DNA of 64,000 nt from Ministeria vibrans ATCC 50519 (taxonomy: Eukaryota > Protista > Filasterea): assembly GCA_943704425.1 (NCBI GenBank), contig CALSCP010002822.1:10113-74112 (forward strand), written 5' to 3'. This document shows, piece after piece, positions 45,095-56,796 of this stretch. The position numbers and the translations under genes are program-made. How positions within the stretch are numbered: position 1 is the stretch's first letter; each line of letters starts with the position of its first letter. A model generated the notes under the pieces. That model had not been told where the DNA came from. It was given only the letters and a program-made list of their open reading frames with translations, and did no database searches.

Positions 45095-47626
45095 ATGTCC
45101 GACTCGGTTGCTCTCGTCCATGCCACCATACGCCTGTTGAGAAACGCCACGGACCCCACGAGCTTCGTTGCGGCGCTCAGACAGGCCAAGAGCCTTTCCC
45201 TTCCGATTTCGTCGTGCACTGCATCGTTTCGTCGTGCCAGCCAAGCGCTGGTGGACGCTGCTCTTGCGTGTGCCGCCCATCGCCAGGACGATCCTGCACT
45301 GCTGGCGTCTCTTCTGGAGACGGCGGCGTGCTCTCCGCTTGACCTTATCGCGTCACTCTCAAACGCGTTGCGATCCTTTTCGCGTCGCGCCTCCCTGCTC
45401 GACAGCGCGCCCTCCGACCGCGTCGCCGAGGACTCGGAGCCACCCGAGACCGAAGGCGGTCGTCTCACTGCGGCCGAGTACCAGACAGCCGTTGATTTTG
45501 TGTGTGCTCGACTGGCCACTCTCGTCTTGTCGGACGAGCGCTTCTCGTCGGCCATTGACGACGCACTCTCGTCGCCGTCCATCATTCTCGCCGTCCCCGA
45601 TCGTGTCTCCAATGCCATTGGGCCTCGACGTCGCCTTCCCGCCGTCCTGACCCCCTCGCGCTTCTTTGCGCGTGTCGTCGACTGTCTGCTCAACACTGGC
45701 AACAGCCAAACCATCACGACTGGCGAGTGGCTGTCGCACTTGTGTTGTCGTGGAGAGTCACACGCCGTAGTTGAAGCACTCGCAGCGAGACCCTCGCCAG
45801 ATATTGTGGCGGTCCTCTCTGACGACGCTCTCGAACCCTTTCTTGTCACACTGCTACGCCACCTTCAGAACACACCTGACGCCTCTGAGGTCACCTCTTT
45901 CCTGTTGGCCAAACTGATGGCACGCACAGAGCCTCCCGCAACCCACGCACGTTTCTTGCTCGTGGACAAACTGGCCACGGCGCGCGTACACACCGTGGAC
46001 GCACTGCTCTTGCTATGTGACACCCTCATTGCACTCGAGCTCACAGACGAGACGGTGCAGCGACTCTTTGCTGTGTGGTCCGACGCTCTCTTTGTGCGCC
46101 ACACCCCGTCAGATCGTCATTTGTGTGCCACTCAGCTCTTGGTGGCCCTCGTCGGACGCGTGCCCAAGAAGGTACGGCAGGTACACGAGAGCGACTGGAT
46201 GCTTGCCTCGGTGGGCGGCATCCAGACTCACTTGGCGTGTCCTCTTGCCGACCGTCGTACCATTGGCATGTACGCCGCTCAGCACTTGTCACGTTTGCTC
46301 TCTCCGCCCAACATTGCACCACTCTCCTTTGACCTATCACCCTCGCACGATCCTATTACACGCGTTCTTGAGCCTCGTCATGTCACCCAAACCCCCACAC
46401 ATGCGCCTGCTCCTTCTTCTACTCCTGCTCCTGCTCCTGCACCTGTCTCATCCACGCCCGGCATTGACCCTGGCATGGCCACCGACAGCGACGATGACGA
46501 AGATGCCGACCTCATTGGCTATGCTATCCCCACGACGGAGCCACAGCATCCGGCGACCACGAGCAGCGGCGAGCCCAGTGTTGACACCGCACGCACCTCG
46601 GCCGCCTACCGTCGCTTTCACTATGCCCGTGACTGTCTTGATGCTTTCACCGCTATGGACCAGGATGGCTCTGAGGAGGCCGCCAACCTGCCAGCTCGTC
46701 ACGAAGGCGCTCTTGACGCTCTGCCGCGCATCTGTCGGCAGTCACCGGCTGATCTCGCTGACGGAGTGGGTTCTCAATTGCTGCGCGCACTACTTTTCCT
46801 TGAAAACCGATTTGATCTTGCCCAGTTTCAATCGAGGCGCATCGATGCCATGTCAGCCGTTGCCTGTGCTGTGCCTGCACAGGCCACAGAGTACCTTCCG
46901 TCGACATTTTACGAGCGCAACCTCTCGCTCTATCAGCGAGCTGATGTGCTCGTAGTCATTGCACGACTCGCGCAGCGTCTTGGAGCACCACCAGCACCGG
47001 CCACAGGCAAACCTGACGCACGCATTCAATCGCTGCCACAACAAGAGGAGAAAGACACCGACGAAGAGGACTTGCCACCCGCCGAGGTAATCCGACGACG
47101 CGTCGCGGCCAAGACGCGTCGCTTCAACCGAGGCACTGTGTCGTCCGCTCCCGAAGCGTCTGCGAATCGTCTTGTGCCGTATGCGCCGCGATTGTTTTTC
47201 ACACTAATCAATGGTGTCTATGACACCCCTGTGCACGCGCTTGACTTCTCCAGCAACCGCAGTACAGTCGATCTGCTCCAGAGCGAAACAGCTCTGTTGG
47301 CACAGCTCATCCGCACAGCGACCACCGTGCTGCACAGTGTACTCGGACAACTATGCGCCATTCCCATGGCACGCGCCGCCATTGCCTTTGTCTGGGCCCT
47401 TGTGCGCACTGTCGCGCAGCCCATTGTTTGGCGCATGGTGCTCTTTCTCATCTCTAACGCAGCCACAGCAGGTCCTCCCGAACTGCTCACAGACGATCCC
47501 AGCAAACGCTGCGAATGGTCTGACTTGCGTGCGTGGGCTGCCGAGTCCTGTCTCGACTGTGGCGACGAACAGTGTCGCGAGTTGGCTGTCATTGCCATTC
47601 AGCTCATTGACGGACTCGGAGTGTAA
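45095..47626 (+). CDS. TELO2: Telomere length regulation protein Tel2 (TTT complex), single exon
   Basis: LAVPDRVSNA; GIQTHL..RTIGMYAAQHLS; DSDDDE..IGY (CK2/PIH1D1 site); YARDCL; NLSLYQRADVL; RVAAKTRRF. Confidence 0.93.
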   Translation: MSDSVALVHATIRLLRNATDPTSFVAALRQAKSLSLPISSCTASFRRASQALVDAALACAAHRQDDPALLASLLETAACSPLDLIASLSNALRSFSRRASLLDSAPSDRVAEDSEPPETEGGRLTAAEYQTAVDFVCARLATLVLSDERFSSAIDDALSSPSIILAVPDRVSNAIGPRRRLPAVLTPSRFFARVVDCLLNTGNSQTITTGEWLSHLCCRGESHAVVEALAARPSPDIVAVLSDDALEPFLVTLLRHLQNTPDASEVTSFLLAKLMARTEPPATHARFLLVDKLATARVHTVDALLLLCDTLIALELTDETVQRLFAVWSDALFVRHTPSDRHLCATQLLVALVGRVPKKVRQVHESDWMLASVGGIQTHLACPLADRRTIGMYAAQHLSRLLSPPNIAPLSFDLSPSHDPITRVLEPRHVTQTPTHAPAPSSTPAPAPAPVSSTPGIDPGMATDSDDDEDADLIGYAIPTTEPQHPATTSSGEPSVDTARTSAAYRRFHYARDCLDAFTAMDQDGSEEAANLPARHEGALDALPRICRQSPADLADGVGSQLLRALLFLENRFDLAQFQSRRIDAMSAVACAVPAQATEYLPSTFYERNLSLYQRADVLVVIARLAQRLGAPPAPATGKPDARIQSLPQQEEKDTDEEDLPPAEVIRRRVAAKTRRFNRGTVSSAPEASANRLVPYAPRLFFTLINGVYDTPVHALDFSSNRSTVDLLQSETALLAQLIRTATTVLHSVLGQLCAIPMARAAIAFVWALVRTVAQPIVWRMVLFLISNAATAGPPELLTDDPSKRCEWSDLRAWAAESCLDCGDEQCRELAVIAIQLIDGLGV

Positions 47627-47632
47627 TTTTAT

Positions 47633-47720
47633 NNNNNNNNNNNNNNNNNNNNNNNNNNNNNNNNNNNNNNNNNNNNNNNNNNNNNNNNNNNNNNNNNNNN
47701 NNNNNNNNNNNNNNNNNNNN
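47633..47720. other. Assembly gap (88 N); other gaps at 26046-26055 and 53682-53691
   Basis: N runs in the sequence. Confidence 1.
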
Positions 47721-50693
47721 CCGCGCGCCCACTCGACGTGCGAGCCCGACAGTCCGCCCTTCTCGACGACCTGCACTTCGGCGAGACTGTGGACTGTACT
47801 CGCGTTGAGCAGACGCGTGTTGCCCAGAGCACCTCCGTCGCAAAGTGTCGCGTACACTCGCGCTAGCGCTCGTGCCGAAAAGTGACCATTGGCACTGGGT
47901 ACACTCGCCTGACGCATCTTCTTCATGTTGAACATGCACGGATCCATGATGCCCATGCCACCACTTGAGTCGCCTCCCGGAGTGTCACCCGACAAGAGCG
48001 CATCCGCATCCTCCATGAGACCCCCATCGCCCGAAGACGCACCACTCTGCTGCGTCTTCTTCTCCTCCTCCTCCTTGTCCTTTTGACGGTTCTGCTCGCG
48101 AAGCTGCGCAATGGCCTTTTGGATTTGAGCACGATCAAAGCCCCCGTCAAAAAACCCGTTGCACAAACTCGCGACACGCTCCATAGCTTCGTCGGGCACA
48201 CAACCCATGTACAGTTCCTGCTCGACACCAAGCGGCACCGCAACAACCTCGCGCACTAGCTCGGCAATGCTCTTGCCTGCAACCCTTTGCACAAGCTCGC
48301 CGACCAAGAAGCCCCACGAGAGGTAGTGGTAGCGCGCAAGGTCCCCAGGCGCATGTGCCGGCGCACTTGTCTCCATCTTCTTCCGCATCACATCCCAGTC
48401 CATGAGCTCTTCAATGGGCGTGCGAGGTGTCACGGCACCCGCCAGACCCGCCTGGTGCGACAGCACATGGTCCACGGTGGTAAGCCCTTTGCGCGAGAGC
48501 GCCGCCGCATCGCAGCCCGTCACAAATTCGGGCCAGACATCGGATACTCGCTGACCATAGGCAAGCAGACCGCGTTCAACGCACCAGTGAAGCGCAACAG
48601 CAGCAACCGCCTTGGTGCATGAAAAGGCATTCATGATTGAATCACTACGCACGGGTCGAGCGTCCACCGCACTCATCGTGCCACCCGCGACGTCCACCAG
48701 GCACGCTCCATTGTGGTAGACACACACTTGAACACCCACAAGCGCATCTTGACCATAGAGATCACACACAAGCTCGCACACGCGCGACTCAAGTATGGAG
48801 CGTCGGGGTACACTGGTGTCGCCATAGACAATGTTGCGCGAATGCAGCTCGCGCGGAATCGACGTTACAAGTGCGGTGCGAGCAAACGGCACGAGACACT
48901 TCATCCACGACAGTTCCACACCCAGAGATGAACTAGAAGAAGAAGAAAAAAGAAACAAGGAGCGACAAACGCGAGTGAGTGAAAAATGTGGAGAGAAAAA
49001 AGAAAATAACAAAGCGAGACGAGAGAACAAAACAAAAGACGAAATGAATGAACAAAAAGAATGAGACCAACAAAAATTAATAAACATAATACAAAGTGAA
49101 AAAGAAAATAATGCAACAAAGCAAGAGAACAAAACAAAAGACGAAATGAATGAACAAAAATAATGTGACAACAAAAATTAATAAACGTCATAATAAAAAG
49201 TGAAAAAGAAAGAATGCAACAAAGCAAGAGAACAAAACAAAAGACGAAATGAATGAACAAAAAGAATGAGACAACAAAAATTAAACATAATAAAAAGAAA
49301 AAGAGAAGAATGTAACAAAGCGAGAGAACAAAAAAAAAACGAACAAAAAATAAGACATACCAGAGGCCGCGAAGGAGAAAGGTAGTGCGAAAGAAGAAGA
49401 TGAGTTCGGTGGGAAATGCTTCAATGGGATTCCTCAGCTTCTTTGGAAGCTTTGAACGTTGCTCACGACGCAATTTGGACAGTTCCATAAACTCTTTGCG
49501 AGCGACTTCACGAGGAGCAGTGTCGCGCAACGAGAAGCGAATCTGCTCCATATCCTCTTTAGCATTGTCACGCTTGAACTAAGAAAGATGCAATGTATGA
49601 GTTGGACAGTCTGTAGGTATGCATTATGGTACTTTGAGGCCCATTTCGTCAAAGGCCTGCAACAGACCCGCATAGTCCATTTTGGCTGCGCTAAAGAGCA
49701 TTCGCGCAAACGCCAGTCGAATGCGCTCATCAATCTTCTTTGTGAGTCCAAAATCAAGCAGAATTGGAATGGCCTCACCATTCTCCACTCGAATCACTAC
49801 AGAGAAGTCCTATGAGAACCAACAGAACAACACCACTCTGCTATGGCTTTTACAGATATTTCCCGGGTGCGGATCGGCATTGAAAAGGCCGTCGACAAAC
49901 ACCTGATGGCCCATCACACGACACAATGCCTGCAATAATGCCTTGCGCGACACTCCATGCTTTTCCAACTCCTCTACATCCGTCACTTTGAATCCCTAAT
50001 ACAATACTCAGTACAAAAGCACAAAATCCTTTGTTTTGTTACCTCTTCAAATGTCATGACAAGCACTCGGCGCGTGACCAAGTCAGGCAGCACATCGGGC
50101 AGGCGCACACGAAGACCCGCGCGCTTCATATTCTGCGCCACCTGCGTCATATTCTTTGCCTCGTGTACAAAATCAAGCTCCTTGATAGCCTCCACTGCCC
50201 ACGCATCAATGACCGGCTGGAAGTTGAGTGTGGGATCGAGCCAAGCGACCCACGACGTAATCAGCGACAGATTCACCATATCCTGTGCCATAATCGCCTC
50301 AACTCCCTTGTGCTGCACCTTCACTGCCACCTATATATAGAACAAGTGTGAGAACAAACCAAAGTGGGAAGAACAAAAACGAGAAAAAAAAGAAGGTGAA
50401 AGAGAGAAATGTGAAAGCAAGCAATACCTTTCGGCCATCAAAGAGATGCGCAACATGCACCTGTCCAATGCTCGCCGCACCAACAGGCGTCTCGTCAAAG
50501 GTCGCAAAGAGTGCTTCAAGAGGGCGACCTAGTTCACTGACAATCATGGCGCGGATACTCGCCATGTCCGTGCTGGGACATTCGTCCTGTACTTTGGTCA
50601 GTTCCGAAGTCCATTCCTCCGGCATCACATCAGATCGACTGCTCATGTACTGGCCAACCTACCTCCCAAAATATATAAAAACAAAATGAATGA

Positions 50694-50728
<35 letters not shown>

Positions 50729-52261
50729 ACATTAGTATAATATTGCACTTCTTCGGGGGGGGGGGGGGGGGGGGTTTCTGACCTTGAGCCAAAACCCTCG
50801 GAGCACAACAACCTGCGAAAAGACAAGTTTTGCCGAGCGAGTGTGATGGGCGCTCCAGAGTTGTTCGTCGCGTTCGGGCGAAGGGCGGATGCGCTCAGGC
50901 CAACTGGAGACCCAGCGACGCCAGAGGTAGCCGGCAATGATGAAAATGGAGACAGAGTAGACGCGTAGACGACGACGAAGAAGAGTCGATGCACAGAGAA
51001 AGAAGAGCGCAAGCGACAGAAAAGCGAGTGCCACGAGACGTGTGGTGAGTGATGAGGCGAGCAAGAAAGTGTGTGCGACGTGAGAGGCGCTCGCGAAAAG
51101 ATGGTAGAGGTCACTGGAGGAGGGCACAGACCAGTCGCCCGTGGTAAAGCGAGTGGTAGCGGTGGTGACGGCGACTTGAAGTACAACCAGGATGAGGGCC
51201 GAGAGCGCGACTGTCTTGAGGGTGCGTATGGGTGAGCCCGCATCCTGCATGGACGCATCAAGACGGTGCACCACGGAGACAAGGTGTTCCTGTAGCTTGA
51301 GTTCGGCAGCGGCAGCAGCACTCAAAGTCGACGACGTGACTCTTCCCGAGACTATTGAGGTTGTACCGTTGGCAAAGCCATCATTCTGATCAACGTCTTC
51401 GTCGTTGTCGTCGGAGTTTTCCGAGTCATCGTCGTCACCATCGACGAGGACTCGTCGCGAGCGACGTGCTTTTGCAACAGGTGTTGCCTGAATCTTTTCC
51501 GACTTGTGCTCGTCGAGTTCGCGGCGCACAGCGCTCATGAGAAGGGGGCGTGGACGTCGCAACGGTGTACCGTTGGCGCTGACGGTGGACATGGCGGTCT
51601 CGGTGAGAGCACGACGATCGCCACTGGTGTCGCTGTTGTTGGTGCTCATGAAGCGATTCACATGGCTGGTGTGGGGATAGGAGACGGCGGTGAAGCAGGA
51701 GCGACAGGCGCGCTCGCCCTCGACAAACTTGGACGAGCAGTCGTTGCAGAAGATGAGGCCGCAGATGCGACAGTGGTGCCGGCGGAAGAAGATGTGGAAC
51801 TCGGCACGGCAGACGGGGCACGCCTCGACGTCGTTGTCGGGCTGCCACTGGGCGGGTGAGCAGAAGAGGGTCGAGAGGCGATTGGAGGAGGACAGAAAGG
51901 CGCCGGGTGGGCTTCGCGATTGATCGGACGCAAAGGCGCGCCGCAGCAGCGGAGCCAGGCCGGTCATCATGAGCTGACGGTTACCCGCAACAAAGCTGAG
52001 ACGGCCCGAGATCATCAGCGACATGGGCGAGGCGCGGCGCTGCACGAGCTGGCGCAGCGTGTCAAACGCATCAAAGCGAATGTGCGCCTTCTCTCGCTCT
52101 GGCACGTCTGCGATGATCCCGTCCACTACGGCGGGGGCGCCAGGCACACGCGTGTCCACCGAGAGCGTGCCCGAGTCCCCGATTTCCACAATGAAGACCG
52201 CCTCGGTCGGCCGAGGCGGTTCGCTCACGGTTGCGACAATGCGTCGACGGAGCTCATCCAT
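47721..52261 (-). CDS. SCP2-FYVE-TM-ABC1(UbiB) atypical kinase-beta-lactamase-like fusion protein; 3' end lost in N-gap
   Basis: SCP2-like SPMSLMISGRLSFVAGN; FYVE WQPD..CPVC..RRHHCRICGLIFCNDC..RACRSC; ABC1 GFWLKVGQYMSSRSD, AASIGQVH, VAVKVQH, ELDF..EA, FNADPHPGN, LLDFGL; serine hydrolase FSCTK (SxxK), LSHQAGL, RYHYLSWG, PSANGHFSARALAR. Confidence 0.88.
49005..49345. repeat. Intronic imperfect tandem repeat (~3 copies of GAGAACAAAACAAAAGACGAAATGAATGAACAAAAA..)
   Basis: Unit recurs at ~49023, 49125 and 49228. Confidence 0.85.
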
Positions 52262-52584
52262 GGCGAGCAAAATTAGTGAATAATAATTATTCTCATAATA
52301 ATTAATATTCACGGAAGATTCTGAAGACAAGAGGTGAAGCAAGTTGTATACTGATGAAGTCAGAGCAGAGGGAGAGTGGGAGAGACTCACCGAGAGAGGC
52401 ACACATAGAGAGAGAGAGGAGGGGAAGCGTGAAGAGCTCGAGCGACACAATCTGTCATAAGTGTCATCACATAACACATTGTCACAAGTCACAAGTCACA
52501 AGACATATTTTTATTATAATTTTTCTTCTGTATACCGGAGAGGCCTTGCTCGCACCCCCCCTCCTCCCCCCCCCAAACACCAAG

Positions 52585-53958
52585 ATGTCTTCGGAGCTGT
52601 TTGAAAGCCTCGAGTTCGAGTTCACCAACATCATCACAGCCATTACACGAAAAATCAACTCACAAATCCCAAACTACTCGGGAGGTATGTAGCCGTGGAC
52701 GCGCGTGAGGCCCGTTGCAAGATCGACACGCCCTCTGGCTCAGCCCAGTAGTTTATCGTTTTTTTTTTTTTTTTTTTTGAATGTCGTTCGTTTGGACTCG
52801 AAACGCTCGTTGGATTTTGTTGGATTTCATCTAAACGTGGTCGTCTTGTACGCGTGCGCGTCGCGCATGAGCAAAATTCGAACGTTTTCTCGTTGGTTGA
52901 AGCGCTTTTTTTTTTTTGTCTTTCACAACGACTCACAAAACACTCTATTCCCATAGAACAAAAGAAGCAGACCATTAAGTTAACACAGAAAGAGATAGAT
53001 GAAGCAGAAGACCGGGTAAGAGGGCAGAGACGAAGCAGAAAGAGAAGAGGAGAGCGAGAGCGAGAGAGAGAGTGAGAGAGAGAGACAAAAAACCCAAAGT
53101 CGCTTCAGGGGAAATTTCCAACTTGACGAATGGTATTGAATTACTGAGACGTCTCGTTGCAGTTGGAGCATATGGAGATGGAGCTGCGAAGCCAGCCAGC
53201 ACAGTACCGAGCGAAGCTGCAGTCGCGCGTCAAGGGATACCGCACAGAGCTCGATGCACTTAAGCGTGGTTTGGTAAGGCACAAACGCAAACGTCTCTCT
53301 TGTGTGTGTGTGTGTGTCTTATTGTCTCTCCGTTAGTCACGAGCAGCCAATGACGGGCGAGCAGAATTGTTGGGGGGTCCCGGTGGCAACAGTGGGAAAT
53401 TTGACGTACGAAAAAAGACCCAACAGCGCTACGTAGTAGCTTTTGTCTCTGATGACTCGGGGTTTGTGTTGGATGTGTATAGTATGCAGCAGAGGAGGCG
53501 AGCCAGCGTGAGAAGTTGTTGATGGGGACAGACCGACTGAACGATACGACGCGACGCATTGAAAATGCACACCAAGTCGGTATTGAGACGGAGGATATGG
53601 GACAGGATGTGCTGAGGAATCTTGATGAGCAACGCGGACAGATTGTCAACTCAACGCGAAGGGTACACACAACCCCCCCCCNNNNNNNNNNGTGCGCCCT
53701 CTCGACAAGCGCCTTTCGCCCGCCGTGCCGTTGCGCTCGAGCGTCACACACACAGATGTTTCGCCCCTATTTTAACTAACTCATTGTCTGTTTGTGATGT
53801 AGCTTCAAGAAACAGACTCGACGCTGTCACGGGCGCGGTCAATCCTCAACACCATGGCGCGCAAGGCACAAACCAACAAGATGATTATGCTCATTATTAT
53901 TTTGCTTTTCATTGGCGTCGACATCCTTATTGCCTACCTCAAGTTCATCAGCAAATGA
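52585..53958 (+). CDS. VTI1: Qb-SNARE Vti1
   Basis: MSSELFESLEFEF; LEHMEMELRS; QREKLLMGTDRL..ETEDMGQDVLRNLDEQRGQI; C-terminal TM MIMLIIILLFIGVDILIAYLKF. Confidence 0.94.
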
Positions 53959-54041
53959 ATTAATTGTTTTTTTTTTGGATTGTTTCAGAGTGCGTGTCAG
54001 AGACAGCATAGGATTTACAAAGGAGTTACAATGGATGCTTT

Positions 54042-55570
54042 TTACATGTGTCGCTGTTGATCGAGAACTGCCGAGTGTTGTCCTCCCGTGCGATTCATCA
54101 CTACGGCGTAACATTAGTGTCGAACACACATGTGGTCGCTTCATTGTGTTATAAAACACTTGAGCATACATACCTTTTGATGCGACGTCTGTGCGCACAT
54201 TGATTCCAGTGCGCTGCTCGACAAGACTTGCATCGGTGGCGGCCAAGGAGAGAGGCGCGCTGCTCATGACAGGACCACTTTCGCCAATGCGATAGAGAAT
54301 GCGTGAAAAGGGCGCAACAGGCGATTTACCAATCTTAATCTACAAAAAAAGAAACACCAGTCCAAGTATCAGCCAGATCAAAACAAGGCAAATTGAATAT
54401 TGAGGCGGACTTGTCGTTGTTCATCGTCAAGGTACTCGACAATAAGACGCGTGTTGACGCCGTGCGACCAAGTGTTGCCCAGTGCTGCCGTGCCCGACGT
54501 AGGCCCATGGTCGAAGCGTGTTGTCACCTGGTTGGTGACAAGGACCTATGAGCAAAGAGAGAGAGAGAGACGAAGGAGAAAGAACAAAGTGATAAAGAGA
54601 GAGACAAAGGAGAAAGAACAAAGTGATAAAGAGAGAGACAAAGGAGAAAGAACAAAGTGATAAAGAGAGAGAGAGAGAGTAGATAGACTGATTCAGCAAC
54701 AAACAAAAAAGAGAGTTTTGTCAACGTACTGGGATGTGAAAGGACTCGGCGAGGTACTTGAGAAGGGCAGCTTCGCGTGAGAGCATTTCGGTGCGTCCCT
54801 TGGCATCAAATTCTTTGCGAACGACACTCGCCACTGAGTCGAGAACAATGAGACATACGTTTTCGCGAATGATCAGTTCTTCGAGACCCTACGTGAGCGG
54901 AGAGCCCAGGGGTGAGACAGTCCCAATCAAAAAATGGTGTAGTACGTTTAAGAGCTGCACGAGTTGCGCACACGTTTCTTGCCGAAACACCAGTATTCGA
55001 GATGCAATGTCGGCTACAGTGTCCGCAGAGAGACTCCACTTTGCACTGGCCAACTGCACCCAACAGAAAAAGACGTCAGACACAACACTTCACTTGTCGC
55101 ATCTCTCAAACCTGCGCTATTCTCTCGGCAGAAAAAGTTCCCTCCGTGTCAATAAAGACAACCGCATTGCCTGGCGTACGTGCCACCGCAGCGGCAATGG
55201 TCATGCAGAATTGGGTCTTGCCAGCGCCGCTGGGACCGACAATTTCGGTGATGGTCGACTTGGCAAGTCCACCGCGCAGCGCCTCGTCCAGCGCAGCAAA
55301 GGAGGTGGACGTGAATCCCGTAGTGCCGTGTCTCTCGCCACACTTTCCGTCTTGTCGTTGTTTCCGTTCGCTCACGGTCTGCGCGCGTGGCGCAACGGCG
55401 CGAGACACCGTTTCCAGGATTTGCGCTGTCTGAAACGCGTTCAGATCGAGTTGATGCATCAGCTCGAAAGGGGTTCGTTCCAGCACGCTCTGACACGTCA
55501 GCAATCGATGGTGTTCCAGACGATGGAGTAACGGTGGCGGCAACTGAAGGCGGTTCACTCGTCGTTGCAT
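54042..55570 (-). CDS. RAD51B: RAD51 paralog B (last exon tentative)
   Basis: RLEHHRLLTCQSVL..PFELM; LDEALRGG..ITEIVGPSGAGKTQFC; FIDTEGTFSAERI; LIVLDSVASVVRKEF-type motif; VTNQV; AALGNTWSHGVNTRL; IGKSPVAP. Confidence 0.88.
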
Positions 55571-55646
55571 ACAGTTTATATATAAAAGTGAAACTCATGA
55601 AAGATCAATAATTAATAATATTCAGAGTATACACATTTTTTGAGAG

Positions 55647-56774
55647 ATGAATTTCTCAAATGTAGCGGTGGTCGCGCTCATCGTGAGTGTGGGCATGATT
55701 GCTTCTGTAGGTGTAGTTCTCTTTCAGCCGTTTGAACGGGCGTCTACTGCTGTCGTTTCGGTGGTGGAGAGCCAATCACAAGAGGCAATTTCCCCAATCG
55801 AGGTCGAATTTTTCGTCATGGTCCAGTAGGGAAAGAGAGGGGCAGCGAGACGTCGGCCGGCTCGCAGCTGATACTCCGTCTTCTCTTCTTGTCCAGATGT
55901 CCGGACGCTCGGGCGTGCGTCAACGAGCTTTTCAACGCGACGCGTGTTCTTGAGCCGATCACCAAAATCCGTCTTTCCTACATCTCCCACAACGTTACGG
56001 CCCAATCCTGTCCTCACGGGCTGCGCGAGTGTGAAGCGTCGCAGCAGCAACTGTGTGTCCGATCGTTTGCGTCCTACCGTCAATGGCTCTCCTTTGTGGC
56101 GTGTCAATTTCGTCCAGACCTTTTCTCTAAGACGGCCCTCAACGCCAGACAATGTGCCAGTGCGTCGAAAATTGACTTTGAAAAGATACAGCAGTGTGTC
56201 GATGACAAAAAGGTACGCATTCAAGTCATGTGCAACATTGACACTGACGGCGCGTGAATCATCGGTAGGTTTCAGGACCATTACTACTCGAGGCAATGGT
56301 GCGCTCTGAGCGGATGGGTGTGCAAAAGTCATGTACAGTCTACGTTGACCACACTCTGTTTGGCATTCACGACAGACGCAAGTGGACGGTGAAACCCTTT
56401 GGATCGTCGCCAGAGGATCTCACACGGTACGACAGCGTATTAAGAGAAGAAGAGAGAGGAGGGGGAAAGAAACAAAATGATAGAGAGAGAGGAGGGGGAA
56501 AGACACAAAGTCATAGAGAGAGAGGAGGGGGAAAGGCACAAAGTGATAGAGAAACAAAGTGATGGAGAAAGATAGGGAGAAAGAAAGAAACAACGAGAGA
56601 GAGAGAGAGCACGAAGAGACTGATTATTCTCTGTGGTGTAGACACATTTGTCGCTTGTATAGAGGATCAGTGAAACCAACAGAATGTAGACGAGCTGAGC
56701 AACAAGCCCGAGACGCACCCGAAAACACCGCGAAAAGAGCACAGCAAGACATTGTACCGAAGAAACGTTTGTAA
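55647..56774 (+). CDS. GILT-like (gamma-interferon-inducible lysosomal thiol reductase) thioredoxin-fold protein
   Basis: N-terminal signal/TM; VEFFVM..RCPDARAC; CPHGLRECEASQQQLC; IQQCV; GVQKSCTVYVD (as in fungal-type GILT). Confidence 0.8.
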
Positions 56775-56796
56775 TTGTACTATTGTGATTCATTGT

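Noticed and set aside
47351-47720. Apparent overlap of the beta-lactamase ORF with TELO2
   Set aside because: Artefact of reading through the N-gap; the true 3' end is unknown.
53839-54173. RAD51B C-terminus overlapping VTI1 antisense
   Set aside because: A GTATGT donor at 54173 and a plausible short last exon ending at 54042 remove the overlap.
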